The notes under the pieces were generated by a model, which made no database searches, was not told the DNA's origin, and saw only the letters and a list, made by a program, of their open reading frames with translations. Source: Raillietiella orientalis (taxonomy: Eukaryota). Taken from it: DNA of 64,000 nt. Shown one piece after another: positions 12,317-24,600 of this stretch. The translations under genes were made by a program, and so were the position numbers. Location of the stretch: contig JAYWIR010000034.1 in the NCBI GenBank assembly GCA_036172245.1, positions 1,674,001 through 1,738,000 on the forward strand, in the 5' to 3' direction. How positions within the stretch are numbered: the first letter of the stretch is position 1; each line of letters opens with the position of its first letter.

Positions 12317-15300
12317 ACGGAAGAAAAGAAGAACTAAAAGCGTATCAGGCGAGCGCTCCGCGGAAATTGTAAACTGAAGACCTGACAAGAAAACGGGACG
12401 TGCACGAAATGAAAATCCACTTGCTAAAGGCACACGCACAAAAAACTCGACACCTCTGTCCGCCCGACATCCCAGATAGCTTCTCCGGAAGCTTTCGCTT
12501 CCGTGCATGCTGCATCCTCCGTTTCCACGCGATGGCATGATGAAACCGCGCAGCTGAGGCTGCACGGTTCAAGCGGAGTCGTTCTTGGGTGCGATCCAGC
12601 CGGCCGCTTTTCAGGACGCCCCCCTTTCTTCCGCGGTCCACGATTTCCTGGGGAGCGATCCCGTCCAGTCTCAGAGGAGCCTTGCCGTGACGGCCGCCGA
12701 GGAACTGCTGGGTTCGGCGCCTCGCCGCGGTTTACCCGAAGTGAAATGCGAAACTCAGGAGTTGGGCGCCCAAGCTGAACACGAAGTCGGCGGGCCCCAC
12801 GCTTCCGAGCCGCTCCGTGACGCGATTCGTTCTTCGCTGAGCGCGCGCAGGGGGAGACGGGGCGGAGGGGCCCGGTGAACACCAGCTCCCACGTTGGTCT
12901 TCGGACCAAGAACCGGTCTCTCTCACCGGGGACAGTGGAAGTGTGTGCGAAGGCAGCGTGGTCCCATCGTCTTGGTTCGGGATGTACCGCGGATTCCCCC
13001 AGGGAGCATCGGAAGGGAGGTGCAGAAGAGCCCTCCCCTGCATTCCAGCACGGGCTGGCAGGAAGGGGCGTCTCTAGCAGCCGACTGCTACATCTCGGAT
13101 CCCCGTTCCACTCCCCACTTTCCTCCTTCCGATCGCGCCATCTCGTTCGCGCCCTTCCCTGCTGCTGACCTCTTGTTACGCTTGCAGCCTCATGTTTCGC
13201 GGTTCGACCTGCTGCAAGCCGCGCACTCCTCTTCCCGAGGAACACCGGGGACCGGCGCTAGAACGGTCAGGCGGGAGGAGGCGGCGCTCAGAGTCTGTGG
13301 ACGGGCTGGAGTCGTCTGTATCCTCTTCGGCAGGGCGCGATCAAGAGCACGAGCGGTCAGGGCAAGAGCCGCACCTGCACCGCGTGGTGGTCCGCACAGC
13401 GGCGGCACGGCTGTAGGACTCTCGGGCCAAAGTAGGGGGGGAGGGTACGACGAGGTGGCGCAAGAAGGAAACAAAACGGGCAAAACTACAATTGGCGGCG
13501 GCGGCGGGCTCGAAGGAACGCCCACTTGCAGCGCCTCATTCCCACCCCGGACAGGACGCGGATACTCTTTCCTCCCTCGTGGAGGACCCAGAGGGCACGG
13601 CCTTCCCTTTCTCTTGGGAGCCCCGGAGGCTCGGTCGCCCACTTGAAGATGCGCGCCGCGCCCGGGAACCACCGCGGCGGTTGCACGCATTCCGCGGTGG
13701 GCGAGACGTCTAATTGGAGCGTGTAGGCGCCCGCGCCTGCCCGTGCGTGGCCGCACCGGTCTCGTGTCCAAGCGCCACGAGGCAAGAACCCGCTCGTTCG
13801 CGGTGCTGGAGCTTCGAGTTCTCCCCGCAGGCAAAGCGGATGGAGCGGGGGAGGCTCAGCACCGTGTTGCCCGTGGAACGTCTGCCCAGGTTCCTTCGGC
13901 CTCCTGGCAGCTTCGTCTTCTCCTTTCATGTCCGCAGGCGTGGTGATCTGCAATGTTCCTCCTTCCGCTGCTGTCGACCACCACCTCCCCTTCCCGCAGA
14001 CCCCCGCACGCGGCGCCGCCTCGCCGCCTGGTGGGAGGCGACCGTCTCGTGAGCGCTCCCAGCTCGGCCCCTGCAGATCGAAAGCACCCGCACCTGTCCC
14101 TCAGAGTCGCGATAGACGAACGCGGGAAAAGAGGCTTCCTGCCCGGGAGGTGTGCGCGCCTGAGGTGCCGCCGCTGCTCGCGAAAGAGGGAGCGGGATGG
14201 ACTTTGGGAGTCTGCGTGGGTGGGTGTGGGGAGCCCCTTGATCACGGCAGAAGGCGCGCGTGCCCCTTCCCTCTCGGCTGCGCTTCCTGCTGCCCGTCTC
14301 TCGCTGCGCGCGCACTCTGCCGCATTCTCGGACGCCCGCGCTGCCGTCGAAGGACGCGGTCTCGCTCGGTTGGGCGCCCAGCCGGAGGCGTCTTCAGAGA
14401 AAACCGCCGCCGGCCTCCGCGCGTGCGAATGCCGCGGTCAGCGCGCGCGCGGGAACGCGGAGGAAAAGTCCTGCCTTGAGGGCGGTGGGCTCGACTTGTC
14501 GGAAGGGAGGGGGGAGGGGGCGACGCGATGGGTTGCGTTCCCTTGGAGAACTCTTCCTCGTCGATGATGATGGCGTGGGAGGCGCTGCCATTAAAAGGAG
14601 ACGCCGTTTGCCGGGAGTGGGGTAGAGGGACGCTGGGAAACGGCGCCTCCGCAGAGGGAGCTGTGGCGCTGCCGAAGAGCGGCAGGGACAGGCCGCATGC
14701 GCGCAGGTCAGGGATACGTCCGTTCTCCGCAAGGCGTTGCCAGGAAACGTCTGGCGGGCGCTTTGATCTTGGCCGAGGAGCGATTGGCAGGGATGGCCGG
14801 GCGAAATCGGGTCTCGGGGAGACGGGCGAGTGCGGGCCGAGGCGTTGAAAACGAAGCCTCGCGCATGCCGTCCGTTGCCGTTAGCAACGAGGGGCTGCTG
14901 CGGAGCGCTTTCGGTGGCGGGGCAGAAGCCCAGACGGATGGCGCGGAAGGGGCGCGCGCGTTCGGGGATGCGGAGGAAAGTTGCCTGCGGCGGCAGGAGC
15001 GGAGGGTCGGGGAGTCTCCGCCTTGCCGGACGATCCGTTCTCCTCGGGGTAAGGGCGCGCTGCTCCCTCGGGTCTGGCAGAACGACGGAGGGTCGGGACG
15101 AGCGCAAAGGCGGCTAGCCCCGGGCGCGGGGAGGGAGCTCTGAGCTGCCCCAAGGCAGAGGAAGGGATCCTCCTCGTCTCCTCTTCTCCCGGCGGCGGAC
15201 CTGGGCCAGCGGCGGTGCCAACCTGCGGGCGGGAGCGTGGGCACGTCCGCGGAACGCGCTTTGGGCGGCTCCCCGCGCTGTTTCCCGGGATCACTCCTGC

Positions 15301-17930
15301 GAGGGCTGCCAGCGCGCCGCAGATCAAGCCCCCCTCCCTCCCGTTAACCCGCTTGTGCGAGAAAGAGCAAGGTCTTCGTCAGCGGCACTCCAGCTGGAAA
15401 CTCCAACTGTCCGGGCGACCCGCCGCCTCCCGAAGCGCCAGCGTGCAGAGCCGCGCTGCCGCATCCGTCCTCCTGGGACGTCCCTCGCTGCGAAGCCACG
15501 CCCGTGCAGTTGCCAGGGGAGCGGCGCCAAGGAAAAAATGCTCGCGAGCCTTCGCGTCGGCGGAGTCGGGCCGCAGCCCCGTCCGGCTGCACCTGGTCTT
15601 TCTCGGTCGTCGTTGTCAAGGGAGCACGCAGCAAGACGCAGGGCAGGGCGTCCCTCCCCCCCCGCACGAGAGAGGAAAAGGCGCAAGGAGAAGCGTCGCG
15701 TAGCAACAGGGCGGCAGCACGCGCTCAGCTTGGAGCCCGGTGGCTCCTGGCCGCCGCGGCGACGAGCGGGCGAAGCACCCCAGCCCGATCTTGACATCAC
15801 GCAAGGGCGTTGCATCCCTTCGGGAGGGTTCCGTGGCGGCTGTCCAGGCGGGGAGACGTCCGGCGGGAGGGGAGCGCCGGGCCGCCGAAGTCATCGCGTG
15901 GCGCCGTCGTCGCAGAGTTCCGCCGCCAGGTCGAATTTCTCGTCGGGCGGTGTGGGGGTGAGGGGCGCATGGCCGCCTCCTCCGTCTCACTCCGGCCGCG
16001 CGTCTCCTTTGCACCCGCAGAGGTCATAGAATCTCGTGCGGCGACGCATCCCGGGCTCGCAATCCGACGCTTCCGGACTCCTACGCTTCGAGATCTTCCA
16101 GACGAGCGTGCTCCTTCCCCTTCCTTCTCATCTCTACCCCCCCTCCCTCCTGCCACAGTACCGCGGGCACGCGCTGCTGCTGCTGCTCCGAGCCGCGCAT
16201 GAGCGGCCCCCCGCGCGGGCTGCTGACGAAGGGCACGGGCCGGTGGGCTTCTTCGTGGGTGCGAGGTCCCCAATGCACCCATCTCCGTGTATTAGGGCGT
16301 CTTTCGGGAGCGCGGTTCCTCTTCGACCGGCCCCGGGTCGGCGCGTAGAGGCGCGAACTCCGCGCCGACCCGGGTCGCCCAGCGCGATCGGTCCAGGGGC
16401 GTGCGACCTTGAGCGTTCGCGGCTACCCCGCCGCCGCCGCCGCCGCACGATCCCGAGAAAGGAGCATCCGCTTCCTCCCCCCCCCCTCCCCCTCATCCCC
16501 GAGCTTTTTGATTCCCGCGCAAGCTAAAAATAGGACGAGTCCGCCACCGCCGCGGTTTGATCCACCCGAAAGTTCGGGCGCGCGCGGGCGAGCGAACGAA
16601 CGCTGGAGCAGGAAGTCCGCAGCGGTTTCCGTTTCGCTCCGCTTTCCCCCCTGGCGGCGATGCCCGCGCTGGAGGCCGGGTCATGGGGACAGTGCGTGCG
16701 CGAGCGCGGAACGCCCGTGGAGGGAACCTCGAGCTCCGAGGCCGCGAGATGGGCAGGCGTCTGTGAATCTGGGAACGACAAGGCGACCCGACTTTCCAAG
16801 GATGCGAGGCACGCGCTCCTCCCGGCAGCGGACGAAAGGGCGACGGAAGGGAGGGGAATGGCCGGGGGGCGGTGGCGAGTCGGCTGAACGGCGCGCAGCG
16901 GTCGGCGGGCTCCCTCGGAGACGAGCGGCGGTCACGTTTCCTCTGGGCGCGCACGCACGGGCGGAGGAAGAAGGGATCGCGGCGGCAGCGCGCCCTTCCT
17001 CACGCGCGTGCGTGACGCGCCGCCGTGTCGCTCCGGTCGTCCGGTCGCGCGGACGTCCACTTCCTGGCGCACGGCAGCCAACTGCCACAGGCGTTCCGGT
17101 CCACGCCGGGGCTGGGCGTGCCCGCAGGGCGATCTCGCCTGGCACTCCCGCTTCCCGCTGCCGGGTCGCCTCCCACTCGCTCTCCGACACGCCGTCCAGC
17201 CCCTTTGGCGGAAGCGCGCGTTGTCGTCGGCACCCACAGGCTCGAGCCGCACGTGCCGGTCGGACCCCTTAGCTTCGGTCGTCCCCAGGGGGCGGAGGTG
17301 CTGTGACCCGAGGAGAAGGCGCGGCCGTTGCGCCTCCGGCTCTGCAGTGCCGTGTCCCCCGACGCGCCCTTCCCGCGGGTGGCGGGAGGGCAGGGGCGCC
17401 ATCACTCTCCGCCCGTCATCGGCCGCTCGCGGGCCCCGGACGGCGCCGCCGGGGCGAACGAGAAGCCGCTGATGCCACCGGTAACCGGGGAGCCGAGCGC
17501 CGCTGCGAACCGGGCCCGTGGGGTCAGGTCCAAAGGAACGCCTCGGGCGACTACGGTGGGCCTCCGTTCTTCCCTGCCCACCGCCACGCGGACAGGGAAG
17601 AATTTCGGGGCGAGGCCAAGCAGGGATCCCACGCTCGCCTGGGCGGCGACGCGGCCCTCTGCCCGGGCGTCCGTCGTCCCCGAGCTGCGAGAACAGCGGC
17701 GAGGTTTCGCTCGCGCCACGTGCTTCGTCCCGTCTCCGGGGTCGTTTTTTCCCCGCAGCCTCCGCATCCTCCAGCGCCGGAGCCACGGATTCTGCGGGAC
17801 AGGTGTTGGCACACTGCCACTGGGGCGTTTCCGCATCCTCTGACAGTCTGCCTCCTCGCCAGGCCTTCTGCCGTGCCCATCGAAATCCCCAAGGCCGAAA
17901 GACACTAAAACACGCGTTCATTACGTACAT
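12290..17930. other. Extremely GC/CpG-rich domain 1
   Basis: About 70% GC by eye with dense CpG. ORFs open in all six frames with Arg/Gly/Pro/Ala composition. Confidence 0.9.
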
Positions 17931-17959
17931 TCGTGTAGACCGCGAACGTTATAAAAAAG

Positions 17960-18330
17960 TAGGCCTGCTCATCATGTATATTGATCTATATATAAATATA
18001 TATGTTTATAAATATATATATCTAATGCATATTTAAATATATGTGCTTATATACATTCTGAGCATATGTATTTTTTTTTGCAATCTTTATGACAGATAAT
18101 ATACAACATACATAGTATTGATATAACTAATAGTATGCATGGATATGTTACAAATATGCATACTAAAGTTGATTAAAAGTAAATACGTATGTTTGTTATG
18201 TAGTTTAGTATATATAAATATATATTCCATATATTGCTTCTTATTATAGATATATTTATGTATTTATAATATGAAGATATCTATGTAGATTTAAGTATTT
18301 ATGTAGATACATGTATATTCACTAAACATG
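17960..18330. repeat. TA-rich low-complexity tract (degenerate TA/TATG repeats)
   Basis: Runs such as tatataaatatatatgtttataaatatatata; almost no CpG. Confidence 0.85.
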
Positions 18331-18639
18331 TGAATATGAACAGCCATGGTGGCAGTTCGAAATAGTGGGGAAAAATGAAAAAGCAGGCAAATTGAAGAAA
18401 GGAGAACAAAAGAAAATCGGGCAAGTGGCAACGCTGCGGGGCCCACCCGCCCCATCCGCGCTCTTGCTGCTGCCAGCTTTAAAAATAAAAAGGAGGCGAA
18501 TTACGGCCAATTGCACAACACACAACAACAAGTCTACCCATTTCTTTTTCTAATCTTTACAATTTATACGAATCTGTACGTAAATAAATAAATATATATA
18601 TATAATAAACGTATCTATTTATTTATTTTCATCTTTCGA

Positions 18640-21600
18640 GATTTCAGTCGCTCCGGATTTTGAGCCCTTTGCTGCTCGGAGTCATTCATTGGAGAGCGAG
18701 ACTTCTTGACGGTTCTGAAGGAGGAGCCTTCAGTGATGTAGGAGGAGAGATGTGTCCGGCTGCACCTGGAAGCGGAGCCGTCAGCTTCTCGGCATTTCTC
18801 GCTTTGTACCTTCCTGCAGCGTCTGCCACTTGCCTGCCCTTCGCAGCCGCCGCCCCTGTCCATCATGGGACCGGTGAAACGGTGGGTTCCGGTGCCCGCA
18901 TCACCGCATGCTTCCCGGAACCTGAGAGTCCCATCCACCTCCTGAGTCCTGGGTCCGGCCCTCGAGCGGAGCCCGGCACTGAAGTCCTCCACGGTGGAAG
19001 AGCTGAGCTTCCTGCTCTTGCCGAACACCAGGAGCGCCGCTTGGCTTCCCACAGTGGGGAGTCCCGACTGCCAGAGGACGCAATGGCTGCAGCGCCGCCT
19101 CAAGAGCGGGGCGGCCCAAGGAACGAGCGCGCGTCTGATCCATAAGGGCCGAACCAGGGGCTCCGTCGCTCCTGCTCGCTGGTCACGAAGACGCGGAAGA
19201 GCTGAGGCGGAGGGGCGTGTCCGAGGTGATGCCGGGGAAGGCAGCAGCCTACCGCGACTTGCGCCCGAGGGCAGCGCGAGCCGGCGACTCGGAGAAGTCC
19301 GGGACCTGCCGTGGGCAGGACCGCTCTCCAGGCCATTCTCTGCTCAGTGGAGAGCGCCTTGAGCTCGTAGTTCACCGATGGGCTGCCTCGAGGCGCAGGA
19401 TCAACGGGATGTCAACCTCTCCTGCAGCCTCTCTGAGGCCTACGCAGTGTGACTCGACCTCCCATCCGGGAGTTTGCACGCCCGCCGGGGGCGGCACCTG
19501 TTGCCCCCGCAGGAGATGCGGAAGAGGAGAAGCAGCTCCTGCCGTCCTCCAAGCAGGAAGGAGTCCAGGAGTCCAGGACGGTGCACAGCGGGTCAACCTC
19601 GGCGGTGGCAGTCGACCTCCAAAGGACGCCAGAGCCCCTGGGATCCTCGGCTCTTCCTCGAACCCTTCCGGATCCTCCTTGGGGTTTGCTCTGCAGCGAG
19701 CACTTTTCTGCGGTCTGCGCTGCCCACGGGGCCCGAGGTCAGATAGGACCCAAGCCGTCCGGCCCGTTGCGTTCAGCACTTTCGGGTTGGTGCCAAACGC
19801 ATGCTCGAGGCCCTGATGAGTTCTGACTCGGAGACCTCCTCCTCCTGCCCACCCTGGTGGCATCGCCCCAGGAATCTCTCAAGCTGCTGCGCCGGGGAGA
19901 GCGCACGAAGAGGACCGCATCGAGAGGGTTGCGTCCATCGGTGAGGCTGTACAAGCGAGGCCGGACCGCCTCCACTCGGGAAGTCCCGGGGGCATCTTGG
20001 TGTGCCATCGGGAGACTTTTGCTCCGCAGACCTCTGGTACTCTTGCCTCTGGGGACAGAGATGACTCCAACTTTGCTCCAAGAGGGCAGGTTTTGCTTGT
20101 TGGAAAGGGTCTCAGTTTGGAAAAACTCTTCGTTTCCCCTGCCCCTTCCTCTTGCTCCCGCCTCCAATCCCCCACGAGAAGGGGCGCAAGAGGAAAGCTG
20201 CAGGGCGTCGCAGGGACAGACCTCAAGACCCTCGTTGCGGCCCCGCGGAAAGATGCGGGGCATGCAGGCGACCTGACCACTCTGAGGAAGATGCATCTGC
20301 GACTGCACTCCCAGCAAGGGACAGCTTGGTAGCAAGTTAAACGAGGTGTCTTCCGGAGCGCGACCACGCGTCCAGGACTAGACGGGCATCCCGGGTCCCC
20401 ACGCGGGGACTGGCGCCCTGGTGGTTCAAGAGCACCAGTGGGTCTCCTGTCTCAGTGTTGCTCAACGTATGGCGCGGCAGGAGGGGGGGGGGCAGCAAGG
20501 ATTCTCCACTCGCCTCTCTCCTTGGGTGGGAGAAGTGGGGCCCTCCTCGGTCACCCACTCCCCTTCCTAGCCGGAGCGCTGCCCTCCCTATGGATGAGGA
20601 GAGACAGCTGCCAGCTGGAAGGGTGAGACTTCTCTCTTTCATCAACAAACTGCAGCGGAATGCCACAGGCAACTGTCCACAACTCCACATTTTTTCCCTG
20701 CAGCCTTGCGTTTACGGACGATTCCGATCTTCCCCAGTACTTGCTGTGTTCCTATGGAAACCCGTCCCGTGGCTCCGGCACGCCTCCCTGGAGGTTTGGA
20801 CGTTCTCCCTGCCTTCCGCTAGTCCCTTTGACCACAACTTCTTCCAAGACTTCGCTGCTTCCTTCCTGCATCAGTGTATGTATTGCAGCAGCAGTGTGCC
20901 CTGCATCAGTATGTCTTGAAGCAGCAGCGTGTTCTGAAGCAGCCGTGTGCCATGCCGCAGTAGTGTCGTGCATCAGTGTCGTGCATCAGCAGTGTGTCCT
21001 GGAAATGCAGGAGCTGGCACCGGAAGGATACCGGAGAGGCGCCTCTGGAGTTCACCTTGCCTTCTCCCTCCGTAATCTTTTTGGACAGGGAATAGCTCGC
21101 CGGGGGGAAGGGGATGTCCACTGTGGAGATTTGCCTGCCGACCTGCCGGAGGCAGCAATCCACCCCTGCACGGGAGAGAAGTCGACGGACAAGATGAAGA
21201 TTGCGTGCTGCACAGCAGGAGTCACGAGTGGACCGTCCCCGGGAGAGCTGGCTGGAACGGCGGACACTCCATGCCCGCGCGAAGGGACCGCTCAGCAGGA
21301 GGATCTTCTCAGCCTCCCACCTTCCCAAATCCCTTTGCCTTTTGTCTGGACCGCTCCCTGCTACCCTTGAAGAGGCAGCAGGCACCTCTGCTTCTGGTCC
21401 ACTGGTGTTCCCCGCTCAACGGGCGAGGGAGTGGCTGGGAGAGCGAGGCGTCCCCACGCTGCACTAGGGGCGAGGGAAGGGATGTGCTGTCCCGCCTCCT
21501 TGTGGGCTGCAGGACCCTTCTGCGCGCTTGGAGACGCCCGGTGGCTGCTCTGACCCTCCCTTTCTGAAGGCCTCTGTAATGCTGCTTCCGAGTCGCCCAA

Positions 21601-24600
21601 TCGCGTTTTACCAGGATTCCCAGTATACGCAGGAGACGAGACGGCAAGTGCCAAAGGACTACTCAGAGGGCCTCGCCGAGAAGCACGTGGCGAAGGAGAG
21701 CCACTCTCAAGCCCCTCCTCCCCCTACCCCAGTCCGTTTGTTGCTCAGTTCGAGGAATTTCCGCTAGGCGCCGAGAAAGGCAGCTGGCGCTGTGCATGAC
21801 GTCCGACGCAGTGAGGAGCCACCCGCTCGATTTTCTAGCCGACGGGGGCAGACAGGAGAGGAAAGGGGGAAGATGGCGGGCCGGAAGGAACATCCAGGGA
21901 ACGTGCGCGGAAAACCACGTTCCGCGGCCGTTGCCTGACACGCGCTCCCGAAAGGGAGGCGCTCTGCCTTAGCGCAGTGACCCGGCCTCTGGGGTGTCCG
22001 AAAGTTCCCGTCCGTCCCAGCTGCCCCGCCGCCCAGGGGAAAAAGAACTGGTTTCCGGGTCGATCCGGCTCGTATCGTCGCGCCACTTCCCATGGCGCTC
22101 CTGTGGACCCGACTTGCGAGCAGGGGTGTTCGACGAGGAGGCTGTGCTGCGTTGCCCGGGGGATTCGCTCCCGTCCGCCTTGGCGTGCGCCCCTGGTGCG
22201 ACGGCCAGCGGAGGTTGTGGGTCAGGAAGGGGCCAGTCGCCTCCGAGAGGAGCGGCGGATTCCCTTGGCGGAAGAAGCGACCCCGGGCAGCGTGGCCATG
22301 GCGACGGTGGGGTTTCCGCTCTCCGCGGAGATCCCTGACCCGACCGCAAAAGACAGCAGCAACAAAGAAAAGAAAGCCCTGGGGCGTTCGGCTCGCTGCG
22401 TTGCGCTCGATCGATCCATAAATGGGGGAAGTAACCACCCATCTGGTTTTCCCGAATTCGTAGGTCGAGCTTGTCCAGTTCCATCGGAACGACCTCCTCC
22501 TCCCCCGTGCGGCCCACGGAGCTCCCACCTCAGGGAGCAGTGGACTCTTCCGGGTGCCCTTCGCAACCCCTCCCGCCTCGCCCCCGCCGGCACGTCCTAC
22601 CTCACCGCCCATGTTTCGGAGGCCGCTGCTGCCGCTTGGCAGCAGAGAACGCGCGCCCTCTTCTTGCCCGGGGATCCCCCTGTCGGAGGAGGCAGCTGGG
22701 CCCACCCGGGAAGAGGGCCTCGCCCAGAGGAAGGCCGTTCTAGTGCCGCAATGGTCTCCTCTCGGGGATCCCGCCCTGCTCGTGCAAGCGCCGGGGGGGG
22801 GCACTGCAAGAGAGGTGCGCGCATCCCCTGGAGGTCGCTCATGGTCTCTCGCGCGTGTCCTCCGCAAGGTCCATGGCTCCTCCGGAAGAGGGAGAGGAAA
22901 GGGAAAATGGAGAGGGAAGAGAGGATGCCTGAGGCGGGGTCGCAGTGTGCAGCTCCGTCGATGGGGCAGACTGGGCTGCACAAGTCCCAGAGATTCCGGG
23001 AACGCCTCTGTTCCCCCGTAGAGGACCCTCAGGGTCCCCCTGCGGGGCGAAGGGCGAAGCTTCGCATGGAAGAGAGGTCGCGTGGCAACCAGCTGGAACA
23101 CTGTTGTATTTGGAGGCTTCCTTCCCCTCCCGCTTTGACCCCTCTCGGTCAGCCCGCCTCATCGTCGTCTCCCGTCCCTTCCCTTGGCTGATGCAGAGGC
23201 CGCGCGACCTCGTCGAAGCTGGATGGCTCTCGTGCCACCAGCGCCAGAGCGGGGTCAGCAGTCAGCGTAGTGGCAGGGAGAGCTGCAGCCTCCACGCGGT
23301 TAGCCGAGGGCTGGAGCCCGAGGGAAGGTGGCACCGTCTCCCTGGGGTGTCTCCCTTCCGCCGGAGGGCGGGAGCTCCGTGGAGGCCAGGTCCACCTTCC
23401 CGCGGATGACCTCGTTCCGTCATCTGGAAAACGGAGCGACCCTGTCCGTTCGGGCCCGTCCACCTGCAGCTTCACCACCCTCCCCTAGGGATCCACTGGG
23501 CTTGCGGGCAGTGATGCCCCGAGTCAACCAATTGGAAACCCTCGGATGAGTCGAAGCGCCCCAGGCGTCCCTGGCAAACCTTCTGAGATTGACCTTCCTC
23601 TCCCGAGGAGCCGATGACGGGACCCCTCTTGACGGTGGAGCTCTCCTGGAAGCACCCTCATCCAGGACTGGCGCATCTCCAGCGGCTTGGCGTCCCTCCC
23701 GGAGGAGATGGGGCATCCGTGGATGGGAAAGTCAAGAGGGATGACGTCAGGCGGATGTCTGGGTCTCCCGAGAGGGGTCGCCAACCAGCACGAAGCGTGC
23801 GCCAAGGGAAACAACTAAGACGCCCACGCCGTCCTCCCTCCCGCTGCAGGCAGCTGCACTTGCACCCCCCGGTCCGCTCCCTGCTAGCCGGGGAGGGAAT
23901 TTTGGAGCCACACAGCCTTCGCGGAGGAGCGAAGGGCGCCGTCACGTGTGCGGGAGAAACCCTTGCTGCTTCCCGGAGGCACAGAGGGCGCGAGGCGCAT
24001 CGACGGGGGTGCCCGCCTGACGAGAGTGCCCCGGTTCTGAGTGGGGGGAGACCCCAGCTGGCCTCAGCTACGAGGAGGAACGGCGGCGGCCACGAGGAAG
24101 AAGGCGGGACGATTGCGGTCGGCGAGGCGCAAGGACCCTCTTCCGGGGGTGCCCGGACCGAGGGGCAGCCTTCGTGCTCCTCATTTTCCGTTGGCGGTCC
24201 GCGGCTCGAAGGGAGAGCGCCGGCCGAAGGTCCAGGGGAGCGATCTCTTTCACCCATGTAACGATGCTGCGTGTTCCGACCGCCTCGTGGAGGCGGCTCG
24301 TGGGAGGTGGTCGTCTCTGCCTGCGGCCCCGGCCTCCTGTCGAGCCTTCCTTGCGGACGCGCCCCTTCGAGGAACGGGCAGAGTCGGCGACGGGGGGAAG
24401 AGGGAGGGAGGGAGTGCACCCCTTTCTTCCCCTTTCTTCCTCTTTCTCCCCCACCTCAATATGAGCCGCAGCTCCTCGGGCGCTTATAGGGAGGGCGGAT
24501 GCTGAAGCTCCGCGCCGCGAGCAAGTCGACAGCCCCGGGAGAATCTCTTGCAGGTGCACGCGGCGGGCGAAACGGTCCGCTGCGGTGACCGCCAAAGAGG

